Assembly: GCA_964016885.1 (NCBI GenBank)
Contig: OZ024745.1
Coordinates: 3,720,001 to 3,784,000, forward strand
Source: Eledone cirrhosa
Taxonomy: Eukaryota
Direction of reading: 5' to 3'
DNA length: 64,000 nucleotides
Shown here: positions 25,330 to 40,300 of the stretch, piece after piece
Position numbering within the stretch: the stretch's first letter is position 1
How the letters are laid out: each line of letters opens with the position of its first letter
Program-made: the position numbers and the translations under genes
The notes under the pieces: generated by a model
Database searches by the model: none
Told to the model about the DNA's origin: nothing
What the model saw: the letters and a program-made list of their open reading frames with translations, nothing else

Positions 25330-28300
25330 TAACCTGTCACCTGTCCCTAGTTCTGGTGTTCAGTCTAAACTACTAGAAACTGTTATAACCTGTCACCTGT
25401 CCCTAGTTCTGGTGTTCAGTCTAAACTACTAGAAACTGTTATAACCTGTCACCTGTCCCTAGTTCTGGTGTTCAGTCTAAACTACTAGAAACTGTTATAA
25501 GCTGTCACCTGTCTCTAGTTCTAGTGTTCAGTCTAAACTACTAGAAACTGTTATAAGCTGTCACCTGTCCCTAGTTCTGGTGTTCAGTCTAAACTACTAG
25601 AGACTGTTATAACCTGTCACCTGTCCCTAGTTCTGGTGTTCAGTCTAAACTACTAGAGACTGTTATAACCTGTCAGCTGTCCCTAGTTCTGGTGTTCAGT
25701 CTAAACTACTAGAGACTGTTATAACCTGTCACCTGTCCCTAGTTCTGGTGTTCAGTCTAAACTACTAGAGACTGTTATAACCTGTCACCTGTCCCTAGTT
25801 CTGGTGTTCAGTCTAAACTACTAGAGACTGTTATAACCTGTCACCTGTCCCTAGTTCTGGTGTTCAGTCTAAACTACTAGAGACTGTTATAACCTGTCAC
25901 CTGTCCCTAGTTCTGGTGTTCAGTCTAAACTACTAGAGACTGTTATAAGCTGTCACCTGTCCCTAGTTCTGGTGTTCAGTCTAAACTACTAGAGACTGTT
26001 ATAACCTGTCACCTGTCCCTAGTTCTGGTGTTCACTCTAAACTACTAGAGACTGTTATAAGCTGTCACCTGTCCCTAGTTCTGGTGTTCAGTCTAAACTA
26101 CTAGAAACTGTTATAACCTGTCACCTGTCCCTAGTTCTGGTGTTCAGTCTAAACTACTAGAAACTGTTATAACCTGTCACCTGTTCCTAGTTCTGGTGTT
26201 CAGTCTAAACTACTAGAAACTGTTATAACCTGTCACCTGTCCCTAGTTCTGGTGGTCAGTCTAAACTACTAGAAACTGTTATAACCTGTCACCTGTCCCT
26301 AGTTCTGGTGTTCAGTCTAAACTACTAGAAACTGTTATATGCTGTCACCTGTCCCTAGTTCTGGTGTTCAGTCTAAACTACTAGAAACTGTTATAACCTG
26401 TAACCTGTCCCTAGTTCTGGTGTTCAGTCTAAACTACTAGAAACTGTTATAAGCTGTCACCTGTCCCTGGTTCTGGTGTTCAGTCTAAACTACTAGAGAC
26501 TGTTATTAGCTGTCACCTGTCCCTAGTTCTGGTGTTCAGTCTAAACTACTAGAGACTGTTATAACCTGTCACCTGTCCCTAGTTCTGGTGTTCAGTCTAA
26601 ACTACTAGAAACTGTTATAAGCTGTCACCTGTCCCTAGTTCTGGTGTTCAGTCTAAACTACTAGAGACTGTTATAACCTGTCACCTGTCCCTAGTTCTGG
26701 TGTTCAGTCTAAACTACTAGAAACTGTTATAAGCTGTCACCTGTCCCTATTTCTGGTGTTCAGTCTAAACTACTAGAAACTGTTATAAGCTGTCACCTGT
26801 CCCTAGTTCTGGTGTTCAGTCTAAACTACTAGAGACTGTTATAACCTGTCACCTGTCCCTAGTTCTGGTGTTCAGTCTAAACTACTAGAAACTGTTATAA
26901 GCTGTCACCTGTCCCTATTTCTGGTGTTCAGTCTAAACTACTAGAAACTGTTATAAGCTGTCACCTGTCCCTAGTTCTGGTGTTCAGTCTAAACTACTAG
27001 AGACTGTTGTAACCTGGCACCTGTCCCTAGTTCTGGTGTTCAGTCTAAACTACTAGAGACTGTTATAAGCTGTCACCTGTCCCTATTTCTGGTGTTCAGT
27101 CTAAACTACTAGAGACTGTTATAACCCGTCACCTGTCCCTAGTTCTGGTGTTCAGTCTAAACTACTAGAAACTGTTATAAGCTGTCACCTGTCCCTAGTT
27201 CTGGTGTTCAGTCTGAACTACTAGAAACTGTTATAACCTGTCACCTGTCCCTAGTTCTGGTGTTCAGTCTAAACTACTAGAGACTGTTATAACCTGTCAC
27301 CTGTCCCTAGTTCTGGTGTTCAGTCTAAACTACTAGAAACTGTTATAACCTGTCACCTGTCCCTAGTTCTGGTGTTCAGTCTAAACTACTAGAAACTGTT
27401 ATAACCTGTCCCTAGTTCTGGTGTTCAGTCTAAACTACTAGAAACTGTTATAACCTGTCACCTGTCCCTAGTTCTGGTGTTCAGTCTAAACTACTAGAAA
27501 CTGTTATAACCTGTCACCTGTCCCTAGTTCTGGTGTTCAGTCTAAACTACTAGAAACTGTTATAACCTGTCACCTGTCCCTAGTTCTGGTGTTCAGTCTA
27601 AACTACTAGAGACTGTTATAACCTGTCACCTGTCCCTAGTTCTGGTGTTCAGTCTAAACTACTAGATACTGTTATAACCTGTCACCTGTCCCTAGTTCTG
27701 GTGTTCAGTCTAAACTACTAGAGACTGTTATAACCTGTCACCTGTCCCTAGTTCTAATGTTCAGTCTAAACTACTAGAGACTGTTATAAGCTGCCACCTG
27801 TCCATAGTTCTGGTGTTCAGTCTAAACTACTAGAGACTGTTATAAGCTGTCACCTGTCCCTAGTTCTGGTGTTCAGTCTAAACTACTAGAGACTGTTATA
27901 AGCTGTCACCTGTCCCTAGTTCTGGTGTTCAGGCTAAACTACTAGAGACTGTTATAACCCGTCACCTGTCCCTAGTTCTAGTGTTCAGTCTAAACTACTA
28001 GAGACTGTTATAACCTGTCACCTCTCCCTAGTTCTAGTGTTCAGTCTAAACTACTAGAGACTGTTATAACCTGTCACCTGTCCCTAGTTCTGGTGTTCAG
28101 GCTAAACTACTAGAAACTGTTATAACCTGTCACCTGTCCCTAGTTCTGGTGTTCAGGCTAAACTACTAGAGACTGTTATAACCTGTCACCTGTCCCTAGT
28201 TCTAGTGTTCAGTCTAAACTACTAGAGACTGTTATAACCGGTCACCTGTCCCTAGTTCTGGTGTTCAGGCTAAACTACTAGAGACTGTTATAACCTGTCA

Positions 28301-31300
28301 CCTGTCCCTAGTTCTAGTGTTCAGTCTAAACTACTAGAGACTGTTATAACCTGTCACCTGTCCCTAGTTCTGGTGTTCAGGCTAAACTACTAGAAACTGT
28401 TATAAGCTGTCACCTGTCCCTAGTTCTGGTGTTCAGTCTGAACTACTAGAAACTGTTATAACCTGTCACCTGTCCCTAGTTCTGGTGTTCAGTCTAAACT
28501 ACTAGAGACTGTTATAACCTGTCACCTGTCCCTAGTTCTGGTGTTCAGTCTAAACTAATAGAAACTGTTATAACCTGTCACCTGTCCCTAGTTCTGGTGT
28601 TCAGTCTAAACTACTAGAGACTGTTATAACCTGTCACCTGTCCCTAGTTCTGGTGTTCAGTCTAAACTAATAGAAACTGTTATAACCTGTCACCTGTCCC
28701 TAGTTCTAGTGTTCAGTCTAAACTACTAGAGACTGTTATAACCTGTCACCTGTCCCTAGTTCTGGTGTTCAGTCTAAACTACTAGAGACTGTTATAAGCT
28801 GTCACCTGTCCCTAGTTCTGGTGTTCAGTCTAAACTACTAGAGACTGTTATAAGCTGTCACCTGTCCCTAGTTCTAGTGTTCAGTCTAAACTACTAGAGA
28901 CTGTTATAACCTGTCACCTCTCCCTAGTTCTAGTGTTCAGTCTAAACTACTAGAGACTGTTATAACCTGTCACCTGACCCTAGTTCTGGTGTTCAGTCTA
29001 AACTACTAGAGACTGTTATAACCTGTCACCTGTCCCTAGTTCTGGTGTTCAGGCTAAACTACTAGAGACTGTTATAACCGGTCACCTGTCCCTAGTTCTA
29101 GTGTTCAGTCTAAACTACTAGAGACTGTTATAACCGGTCACCTGTCCCTAGTTCTGGTGTTCAGGCTAAACTACTAGAGACTGTTATAACCTGTCACCTG
29201 TCCCTGGTTCTAGTGTTCAGTCTAAACTACTAGAGACTGTTATAACCTGTCACCTGTCCCTAGTTCTGGTGTTCAGGCTAAACTACTAGAGACTGTTATA
29301 ACCTGTCACCTGTCCCTAGTTCTGGTGTTCAGGCTAAACTACTAGAGACTGTTATAACCTGTCACCTGTCCCTAGTTCTGGTGTTCAGTCTGAACTGCTA
29401 GAAACTGTTATAACCTGTCACCTGTCCCTAGTTCTGGTGTTCAGTCTAAACTACTAGAGACTGTTATAACCTGTCACCTGTCCCTAGTTCTGGTGTTCAG
29501 TCTAAACTAATAGAAACTGTTATAACCTGTCACCTGTCCCTAGTTCTGGTGTTCAGTCTAAACTAATAGAAACTGTTATAACCTGTCACCTGTCCCTAGT
29601 TCTGGTGTTCAGTCTAAACTACTAGAGACTGTTATAACCTGTCACCTGTCCCTAGTTCTGGTGTTCAGTCTAAACTAATAGAAACTGTTATAACCTGTCA
29701 CCTGTCCTTAGTTCTGGTGTTCAGTCTAAACTACTAGAGACTGTTATAACCTGTCACCTGTCCCTAGTTCTGGTGTTCAGTCTAAACTACTAGAGACTGT
29801 TATAACCTGTCACCTGTCCCTAGTTCTGGTGTTCAGTCTAAACTACTAGAAACTGTTATAACCTGTCACCTGTCCCTAGTTCTAGTGTTCAGTCTAAACT
29901 ACTAGAAACTGTTCTAACCTGTCACCTGTCCCTAGTTCTGGTGTTCAGTCTAAACTACTAGAAACTGTTCTAACCTGTCACCTGTCCCTAGTTCTGGTGT
30001 TCAGTCTAAACTACTAGAAACTGTTCTAACCTGTCACCTGTCCCTAGTTCTGGTGTTCAGTCTAAACTACTAGAAACTGTTCTAACCTGTCACCTGTCCC
30101 TAGTTCTGGTGTTCAGTCTAAACTACTAGAAACTGTTCTAACCTGTCACCTGTCCCTAGTTCTGATGTTCAGTCTAAACTACTAGAAACTGTTAGAAGCT
30201 GTCACCTGTCCCTAGTTCTGGTGTTCAGTCTAAACTACTAGAAACTGTTATAACCTGTCACCTGTCCCTAGTTCTGGTGTTCAGTCTAAACTACTAGAAA
30301 CTGTTCTAACCTGTCACCTGTCCCTAGTTCTGGTGTTCAGTCTAAACTACTAGAAACTGTTCTAACCCGTCACCTGTCCCTAGTTCTGGTGTTCAGTCTA
30401 AACTACTAGAAACTGTTAGAAGCTGTCACCTGTCCCTAGTTCTGGTGTTCAGTGTAAACTACTAGAAACTGTTATAACCTGTCACCTGTCCCTAGTTCTG
30501 GTGTTCAGTCTAAACTACTAGAAACTGTTCTAACCTGTCACCTGTCCCTAGTTCTGGTGTTCAGTCTAAACTACTAGAGACTGTTATAAGCTGTCACCTG
30601 TCCCTAGTTCTGGTGTTCAGTCTAAACTACTAGAGACTGTTATAACCTGTCACCTGTCCCTAGTTCTGGTGTTCAGTCTAAACTACTAGAGACTGTTATA
30701 AGCTGTCACCTGTCCCTAGTTCTGGTGTTCAGACTAAACTACTAGAAACTGTTATAACCTGTCACCTGTCCCTAGTTCTGGTGTTCAGTCTAAACTACTA
30801 GAAACTGTTATAACCTGTCACCTGTCCCTAGTTCTGGTGTTCAGTCTAAACTACTAGAAACTGTTATAACCTGTCACTAGTTCCGGTGTTCAGTCTAAAC
30901 GACTAGAAACTGTTATAACCTGTCACCTGTCCCTAGTTCTGGCGTTCAGTCTAAACTACTAGAGACTGTTATAACCTGTCACCTGTCCCTATTTCTGGTG
31001 TTCAGTCTAAACTACTAGAAACTGTTATAAGCTGTCACCTGTCCCTAGTTCTGGTGTTCAGTCTAAACTACTAGAAACTGTTATAAGCTGTCACCTGTCC
31101 CTAGTTCTGGTGTTCAGTCTAAACTACTAGAGACTGTTATAACCTGTCACCTGTCCCTAGTTCTGGTGTTCAGTCTAAACTACTAGAAACTGTTATAACC
31201 TGTCACCTGTCCCTATTTCTGGTGTTCAGTCTAAACTACTAGAAACTGTTATAAGCTGGCACCTGTCCCTAGTTCTGGTGTTCAGTCTAAACTACTAGAG

Positions 31301-34300
31301 ACTGTTATAAGCTGTCACCTGTCCCTAGTTCTGGTGTTCAGTCTAAACTACTAGAGACTGTTATAACCTGTCACCTGTCCCTAGTTCTGGTGTTCAGTCT
31401 AAACTACTAGAAACTGTTATAACCTGTCACCTGTCCCTAGTTCTGGTGTTCAGTCTAAACTACTAGAAACTGTTATAAGCTGGCACCTGTCCCTAGTTCT
31501 GGTGTTCAGTCTAAACTACTAGAGACTGTTATAAGCTGTCACCTGTCACTAGTTCTGGTGTTCAGTCTAAACTACTAGAGACTGTTATAACCTGTCCCTA
31601 GTTCTGGTGTTCAGTCTAAACTACTAGAAACTGTTATAACCTGTCACCTGTCCCTATTTCTGGTGTTCAGTCTAAACTACTAGAAACTGTTATAAGCTGG
31701 CACCTGTCCCTAGTTCTGGTGTTCAGTCTAAACTACTAGAGACTGTTATAAGCTGTCACCTGTCCCTAGTTCTGGTGTTCAGTCTAAACTACTAGAGACT
31801 GTTATAACCTGTCACTAGTTCTGGTGTTCAGTCTAAACTACTAGAAACTGTTATAACCTGTCACCTGTCCCTAGTTCTGGTGTTCAGTCTAAACTACTAG
31901 AAACTGTTATAACCTGTCACCTGTCCCTAGTTCCGGTGTTCAGTCTAAACTACTAGAGACTGTTATAACCTGTCACCTGTCCCTAGTTCTGGTGTTCAGG
32001 CTAAACTACTAGAGACTGTTATAACCTGTCACCTGTCCCTAGTTCTAGTGTTCAGTCTAAACTACTAGAGACTGTTATAACCGGTCACCTGTCCCTAGTT
32101 CTGGTGTTCAGGCTAAACTACTAGAGACTGTTATAACCTGTCACCTGTCCCTAGTTCTAGTGTTCAGTCTAAACTACTAGAAACTGTTCTAACCTGTCAC
32201 CTGTCCCTAGTTCTGGTGTTCAGACTAAAGTACTAGAAACTGTTCTAACCTGTCACCTGTCCCTAGTTCTGGTGTTCAGTCTAAACTACTAGAAACTGTT
32301 CTAACCTGTCACCTGTCCCTAGTTCTGGTGTTCAGTCTAAACTACTAGAAACTGTTCTAACCTGTCACCTGTCCCTAGTTCTGGTGTTCAGTCTAAACTA
32401 CTAGAAACTGTTCTAACCTGTCACCTGTCCCTAGTTCTGATGTTCAGTCTAAACTACTAGAAACTGTTAGAAGCTGTCACCTGTCCCTAGTTCTGGTGTT
32501 CAGTCTAAACTACTAGAAACTGTTATAACCTGTCACCTGTCCCTAGTTCTGGTGTTCAGTCTAAACTACTAGAAACTGTTCTAACCTGTCACCTGTCCCT
32601 AGTTCTGGTGTTCAGTCTGAACTACTAGAAACTGTTCTAACCTGTCACCTGTCCCTAGTTCTGGTGTTCAGTCTAAACTACTAGAAACTGTTCTAACCTG
32701 TCACCTGTTCCTAGTTCTGGTGTTCAGTCTAAACTACTAGAAACTGTTCTAACCTGTCACCTGTCCCTAGTTCTGGTGTTCAGTCTAAACTACTAGAAAC
32801 TGTTCTAACCCGTCACCTGTCCCTAGTTCTGGTGTTCAGTCTAAACTACTAGAAACTGTTAGAAGCTGTCACCTGTCCCTAGTTCTGGTGTTCAGTCTAA
32901 ACTACTAGAAACTGTTATAACCTGTCACCTGTCCCTAGTTCTGGTGTTCAGTCTAAACTACTAGAAACTGTTATAACCTGTCACCTGTCCCTAGTTCTGG
33001 TGTTCAGTCTGAACTACTAGAAACTGTTATAACCTGTCACCTGTCCCTAGTTCTGGTGTTCAGTCTAAACTACTAGAAACTGTTCTAACCTGTCACCTGT
33101 CCCTAGTTCTGGTGTTCAGTCTAAACTACTAGAGACTGTTATAACCTGTCACCTGTCCCTAGTTCTGGTGTTCAGTCTAAACTACTAGAGACTGTTATAA
33201 CCTGTCACCTGTCCCTATTTCTGGTGTTCAGTCTAAACTACTAGAGACTGTTATAACCCGTCACCTGTCCCTAGTTCTGGTGTTCAGTTTAAACTACTAG
33301 AAACTGTTATAACCTGTCACCTGTCCCTAGTTCTGGTGTTCAGTCTAAACTACTAGAAACTGTTATAACCTGTCACCTGTCCCTAGTTCTGGTGTTCAGT
33401 CTAAACTACTAGAGACTGTTATAACCTGTCACCTGTCCCTAGTTCTGGTGTTCAGTCTAAACTACTAGAAACTGTTATAACCTGTCACCTGTCCCTAGTT
33501 CTGGTGTTCAGTCTAAACTACTAGAAACTGTTATAACCTGTCACCTGTCCCTAGTTCTGGTGTTCAGTCTAAACTACTAGAAACTGTTATAACCTGTCAC
33601 CTGTCCCTAGTTCTGGTGTTCAGTCTAAACTACTAGAAACTGTTATAAGCTGTCACCTGTCCCTAGTTCTAGTGTTCAGTCTAAACTACTAGAAACTGTT
33701 ATAAGCTGTCACCTGTCCCTAGTTCTGGTGTTCAGTCTAAACTACTAGAGACTGTTATAACCTGTCACCTGTCCCTAGTTCTGGTGTTCAGTCTAAACTA
33801 CTAGAGACTGTTATAACCTGTCAGCTGTCCCTAGGTTCTGGTGTTCAGTCTAAACTACTAGAGACTGTTATAACCTGTCACCTGTCCCTAGTTCTGGTGT
33901 TCAGTCTAAACTACTAGAGACTGTTATAACCTGTCACCTGTCCCTAGTTCTGGTGTTCAGTCTAAACTACTAGAGACTGTTATAACCTGTCACCTGTCCC
34001 TAGTTCTGGTGTTCAGTCTAAACTACTAGAGACTGTTATAACCTGTCACCTGTCCCTAGTTCTGGTGTTCAGTCTAAACTACTAGAGACTGTTATAAGCT
34101 GTCACCTGTCCCTAGTTCTGGTGTTCAGTCTAAACTACTAGAGACTGTTATAACCTGTCACCTGTCCCTAGTTCTGGTGTTCAGTCTAAACTACTAGAGA
34201 CTGTTATAAGCTGTCACCTGTCCCTAGTTCTGGTGTTCAGTCTAAACTACTAGAAACTGTTATAACCTGTCACCTGTCCCTAGTTCTGGTGTTCAGTCTA

Positions 34301-37300
34301 AACTACTAGAAACTGTTATAACCTGTCACCTGTTCCTAGTTCTGGTGTTCAGTCTAAACTACTAGAAACTGTTATAACCTGTCACCTGTCCCTAGTTCTG
34401 GTGGTCAGTCTAAACTACTAGAAACTGTTATAACCTGTCACCTGTCCCTAGTTCTGGTGTTCAGTCTAAACTACTAGAAACTGTTATAAGCTGTCACCTG
34501 TCCCTAGTTCTGGTGTTCAGTCTAAACTACTAGAAACTGTTATAACCTGTAACCTGTCCCTAGTTCTGGTGTTCAGTCTAAACTACTAGAAACTGTTATA
34601 AGCTGTCACCTGTCCCTGGTTCTGGTGTTCAGTCTAAACTACTAGAGACTGTTATTAGCTGTCACCTGTCCCTAGTTCTGGTGTTCAGTCTAAACTACTA
34701 GAGACTGTTATAACCTGTCACCTGTCCCTAGTTCTGGTGTTCAGTCTAAACTACTAGAAACTGTTATAAGCTGTCACCTGTCCCTAGTTCTGGTGTTCAG
34801 TCTAAACTACTAGAGACTGTTATAACCTGTCACCTGTCCCTAGTTCTGGTGTTCAGTCTAAACTACTAGAAACTGTTATAAGCTGTCACCTGTCCCTATT
34901 TCTGGTGTTCAGTCTAAACTACTAGAAACTGTTATAAGCTGTCACCTGTCCCTAGTTCTGGTGTTCAGTCTAAACTACTAGAGACTGTTATAACCTGTCA
35001 CCTGTCCCTAGTTCTGGTGTTCAGTCTAAACTACTAGAAACTGTTATAAGCTGTCACCTGTCCCTATTTCTGGTGTTCAGTCTAAACTACTAGAAACTGT
35101 TATAAGCTGTCACCTGTCCCTAGTTCTGGTGTTCAGTCTAAACTACTAGAGACTGTTATAACCTGGCACCTGTCCCTAGTTCTGGTGTTCAGTCTAAACT
35201 ACTAGAGACTGTTATAAGCTGTCACCTGTCCCTATTTCTGGTGTTCAGTCTAAACTACTAGAGACTGTTATAACCCGTCACCTGTCCCTAGTTCTGGTGT
35301 TCAGTCTAAACTACTAGAAACTGTTATAAGCTGTCACCTGTCCCTAGTTCTGGTGTTCAGTCTGAACTACTAGAAACTGTTATAACCTGTCACCTGTCCC
35401 TAGTTCTGGTGTTCAGTCTAAACTACTAGAGACTGTTATAACCTGTCACCTGTCCCTAGTTCTGGTGTTCAGTCTAAACTACTAGAAACTGTTATAACCT
35501 GTCACCTGTCCCTAGTTCTGGTGTTCAGTCTAAACTACTAGAAACTGTTATAACCTGTCCCTAGTTCTGGTGTTCAGTCTAAACTACTAGAAACTGTTAT
35601 AACCTGTCACCTGTCCCTAGTTCTGGTGTTCAGTCTAAACTACTAGAAACTGTTATAACCTGTCACCTGTCCCTAGTTCTGGTGTTCAGTCTAAACTACT
35701 AGAAACTGTTATAACCTGTCACCTGTCCCTAGTTCTGGTGTTCAGTCTAAACTACTAGAGACTGTTATAACCTGTCACCTGTCCCTAGTTCTGGTGTTCA
35801 GTCTAAACTACTAGATACTGTTATAACCTGTCACCTGTCCCTAGTTCTGGTGTTCAGTCTAAACTACTAGACACTGTTATAACCTGTCACCTGTCCCTAG
35901 TTCTAATGTTCAGTCTAAACTACTAGAGACTGTTATAAGCTGCCACCTGTCCATAGTTCTGGTGTTCAGTCTAAACTACTAGAGACTGTTATAAGCTGTC
36001 ACCTGTCCCTAGTTCTGGTGTTCAGTCTAAACTACTAGAGACTGTTATAAGCTGTCACCTGTCCCTAGTTCTGGTGTTCAGGCTAAACTACTAGAGACTG
36101 TTATAACCCGTCACCTGTCCCTAGTTCTAGTGTTCAGTCTAAACTACTAGAGACTGTTATAACCTGTCACCTCTCCCTAGTTCTAGTGTTCAGTCTAAAC
36201 TACTAGAGACTGTTATAACCTGTCACCTGTCCCTAGTTCTGGTGTTCAGGCTAAACTACTAGAAACTGTTATAACCTGTCACCTGTCCCTAGTTCTGGTG
36301 TTCAGGCTAAACTACTAGAGACTGTTATAACCTGTCACCTGTCCCTAGTTCTAGTGTTCAGTCTAAACTACTAGAGACTGTTATAACCGGTCACCTGTCC
36401 CTAGTTCTGGTGTTCAGGCTAAACTACTAGAGACTGTTATAACCTGTCACCTGTCCCTAGTTCTAGTGTTCAGTCTAAACTACTAGAGACTGTTATAACC
36501 TGTCACCTGTCCCTAGTTCTGGTGTTCAGGCTAAACTACTAGAAACTGTTATAAGCTGTCACCTGTCCCTAGTTCTGGTGTTCAGTCTGAACTACTAGAA
36601 ACTGTTATAACCTGTCACCTGTCCCTAGTTCTGGTGTTCAGTCTAAACTACTAGAGACTGTTATAACCTGTCACCTGTCCCTAGTTCTGGTGTTCAGTCT
36701 AAACTAATAGAAACTGTTATAACCTGTCACCTGTCCCTAGTTCTGGTGTTCAGTCTAAACTACTAGAGACTGTTATAACCTGTCACCTGTCCCTAGTTCT
36801 GGTGTTCAGTCTAAACTAATAGAAACTGTTATAACCTGTCACCTGTCCCTAGTTCTAGTGTTCAGTCTAAACTACTAGAGACTGTTATAACCTGTCACCT
36901 GTCCCTAGTTCTGGTGTTCAGTCTAAACTACTAGAGACTGTTATAAGCTGTCACCTGTCCCTAGTTCTGGTGTTCAGTCTAAACTACTAGAGACTGTTAT
37001 AAGCTGTCACCTGTCCCTAGTTCTAGTGTTCAGTCTAAACTACTAGAGACTGTTATAACCTGTCACCTCTCCCTAGTTCTAGTGTTCAGTCTAAACTACT
37101 AGAGACTGTTATAACCTGTCACCTGACCCTAGTTCTGGTGTTCAGTCTAAACTACTAGAGACTGTTATAACCTGTCACCTGTCCCTAGTTCTGGTGTTCA
37201 GGCTAAACTACTAGAGACTGTTATAACCTGTCACCTGTCCCTAGTTCTAGTGTTCAGTCTAAACTACTAGAGACTGTTATAACCGGTCACCTGTCCCTAG

Positions 37301-40300
37301 TTCTGGTGTTCAGGCTAAACTACTAGAGACTGTTATAACCTGTCACCTGTCCCTGGTTCTAGTGTTCAGTCTAAACTACTAGAGACTGTTATAACCTGTC
37401 ACCTGTCCCTAGTTCTGGTGTTCAGGCTAAACTACTAGAGACTGTTATAACCTGTCACCTGTCCCTAGTTCTGGTGTTCAGGCTAAACTACTAGAGACTG
37501 TTATAACCTGTCACCTGTCCCTAGTTCTGGTGTTCAGTCTGAACTGCTAGAAACTGTTATAACCTGTCACCTGTCCCTAGTTCTGGTGTTCAGTCTAAAC
37601 TACTAGAGACTGTTATAACCTGTCACCTGTCCCTAGTTCTGGTGTTCAGTCTAAACTAATAGAAACTGTTATAACCTGTCACCTGTCCCTAGTTCTGGTG
37701 TTCAGTCTAAACTAATAGAAACTGTTATAACCTGTCACCTGTCCCTAGTTCTGGTGTTCAGTCTAAACTACTAGAGACTGTTATAACCTGTCACCTGTCC
37801 CTAGTTCTGGTGTTCAGTCTAAACTAATAGAAACTGTTATAACCTGTCACCTGTCCTTAGTTCTGGTGTTCAGTCTAAACTACTAGAGACTGTTATAACC
37901 TGTCACCTGTCCCTAGTTCTGGTGTTCAGTCTAAACTACTAGAGACTGTTATAACCTGTCACCTGTCCCTAGTTCTGGTGTTCAGTCTAAACTACTAGAA
38001 ACTGTTATAACCTGTCACCTGTCCCTAGTTCTAGTGTTCAGTCTAAACTACTAGAAACTGTTCTAACCTGTCACCTGTCCCTAGTTCTGGTGTTCAGTCT
38101 AAACTACTAGAAACTGTTCTAACCTGTCACCTGTCCCTAGTTCTGGTGTTCAGTCTAAACTACTAGAAACTGTTCTAACCTGTCACCTGTCCCTAGTTCT
38201 GGTGTTCAGTCTAAACTACTAGAAACTGTTCTAACCTGTCACCTGTCCCTAGTTCTGGTGTTCAGTCTAAACTACTAGAAACTGTTCTAACCTGTCACCT
38301 GTCCCTAGTTCTGATGTTCAGTCTAAACTACTAGAAACTGTTAGAAGCTGTCACCTGTCCCTAGTTCTGGTGTTCAGTCTAAACTACTAGAAACTGTTAT
38401 AACCTGTCACCTGTCCCTAGTTCTGGTGTTCAGTCTAAACTACTAGAAACTGTTCTAACCTGTCACCTGTCCCTAGTTCTGGTGTTCAGTCTAAACTACT
38501 AGAAACTGTTCTAACCCGTCACCTGTCCCTAGTTCTGGTGTTCAGTCTAAACTACTAGAAACTGTTAGAAGCTGTCACCTGTCCCTAGTTCTGGTGTTCA
38601 GTGTAAACTACTAGAAACTGTTATAACCTGTCACCTGTCCCTAGTTCTGGTGTTCAGTCTAAACTACTAGAAACTGTTCTAACCTGTCACCTGTCCCTAG
38701 TTCTGGTGTTCAGTCTAAACTACTAGAGACTGTTATAAGCTGTCACCTGTCCCTAGTTCTGGTGTTCAGTCTAAACTACTAGAGACTGTTATAACCTGTC
38801 ACCTGTCCCTAGTTCTGGTGTTCAGTCTAAACTACTAGAGACTGTTATAAGCTGTCACCTGTCCCTAGTTCTGGTGTTCAGACTAAACTACTAGAAACTG
38901 TTATAACCTGTCACCTGTCCCTAGTTCTGGTGTTCAGTCTAAACTACTAGAAACTGTTATAACCTGTCACCTGTCCCTAGTTCTGGTGTTCAGTCTAAAC
39001 TACTAGAAACTGTTATAACCTGTCACTAGTTCCGGTGTTCAGTCTAAACGACTAGAAACTGTTATAACCTGTCACCTGTCCCTAGTTCTGGCGTTCAGTC
39101 TAAACTACTAGAGACTGTTATAACCTGTCACCTGTCCCTATTTCTGGTGTTCAGTCTAAACTACTAGAAACTGTTATAAGCTGTCACCTGTCCCTAGTTC
39201 TGGTGTTCAGTCTAAACTACTAGAAACTGTTATAAGCTGTCACCTGTCCCTAGTTCTGGTGTTCAGTCTAAACTACTAGAGACTGTTATAACCTGTCACC
39301 TGTCCCTAGTTCTGGTGTTCAGTCTAAACTACTAGAAACTGTTATAACCTGTCACCTGTCCCTATTTCTGGTGTTCAGTCTAAACTACTAGAAACTGTTA
39401 TAAGCTGGCACCTGTCCCTAGTTCTGGTGTTCAGTCTAAACTACTAGAGACTGTTATAAGCTGTCACCTGTCCCTAGTTCTGGTGTTCAGTCTAAACTAC
39501 TAGAGACTGTTATAACCTGTCACCTGTCCCTAGTTCTGGTGTTCAGTCTAAACTACTAGAAACTGTTATAACCTGTCACCTGTCCCTAGTTCTGGTGTTC
39601 AGTCTAAACTACTAGAAACTGTTATAAGCTGGCACCTGTCCCTAGTTCTGGTGTTCAGTCTAAACTACGAGAGACTGTTATAAGCTGTCACCTGTCACTA
39701 GTTCTGGTGTTCAGTCTAAACTACTAGAGACTGTTATAACCTGTCCCTAGTTCTGGTGTTCAGTCTAAACTACTAGAAACTGTTATAACCTGTCACCTGT
39801 CACTATTTCTGGTGTTCAGTCTAAACTACTAGAAACTGTTATAAGCTGGCACCTGTCCCTAGTTCTGGTGTTCAGTCTAAACTACTAGAGACTGTTATAA
39901 GCTGTCACCTGTCCCTAGTTCTGGTGTTCAGTCTAAACTACTAGAGACTGTTATAACCTGTCACTAGTTCTGGTGTTCAGTCTAAACTACTAGAAACTGT
40001 TATAACCTGTCACCTGTCCCTAGTTCTGGTGTTCAGTCTAAACTACTAGAAACTGTTATAACCTGTCACCTGTCCCTAGTTCCGGTGTTCAGTCTAAACT
40101 ACTAGAGACTGTTATAACCTGTCACCTGTCCCTAGTTCTGGTGTTCAGGCTAAACTACTAGAGACTGTTATAACCTGTCACCTGTCCCTAGTTCTAGTGT
40201 TCAGTCTAAACTACTAGAGACTGTTATAACCGGTCACCTGTCCCTAGTTCTGGTGTTCAGGCTAAACTACTAGAGACTGTTATAACCTGTCACCTGTCCC

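Noticed and set aside
33830-33840. 1-bp insertion (ctaggttc), and the 2-bp deletion near 54747, as functional sites
   Set aside because: Each is a singleton absent from homologous blocks. They are isolated mutations or sequencing errors, useful only as markers.
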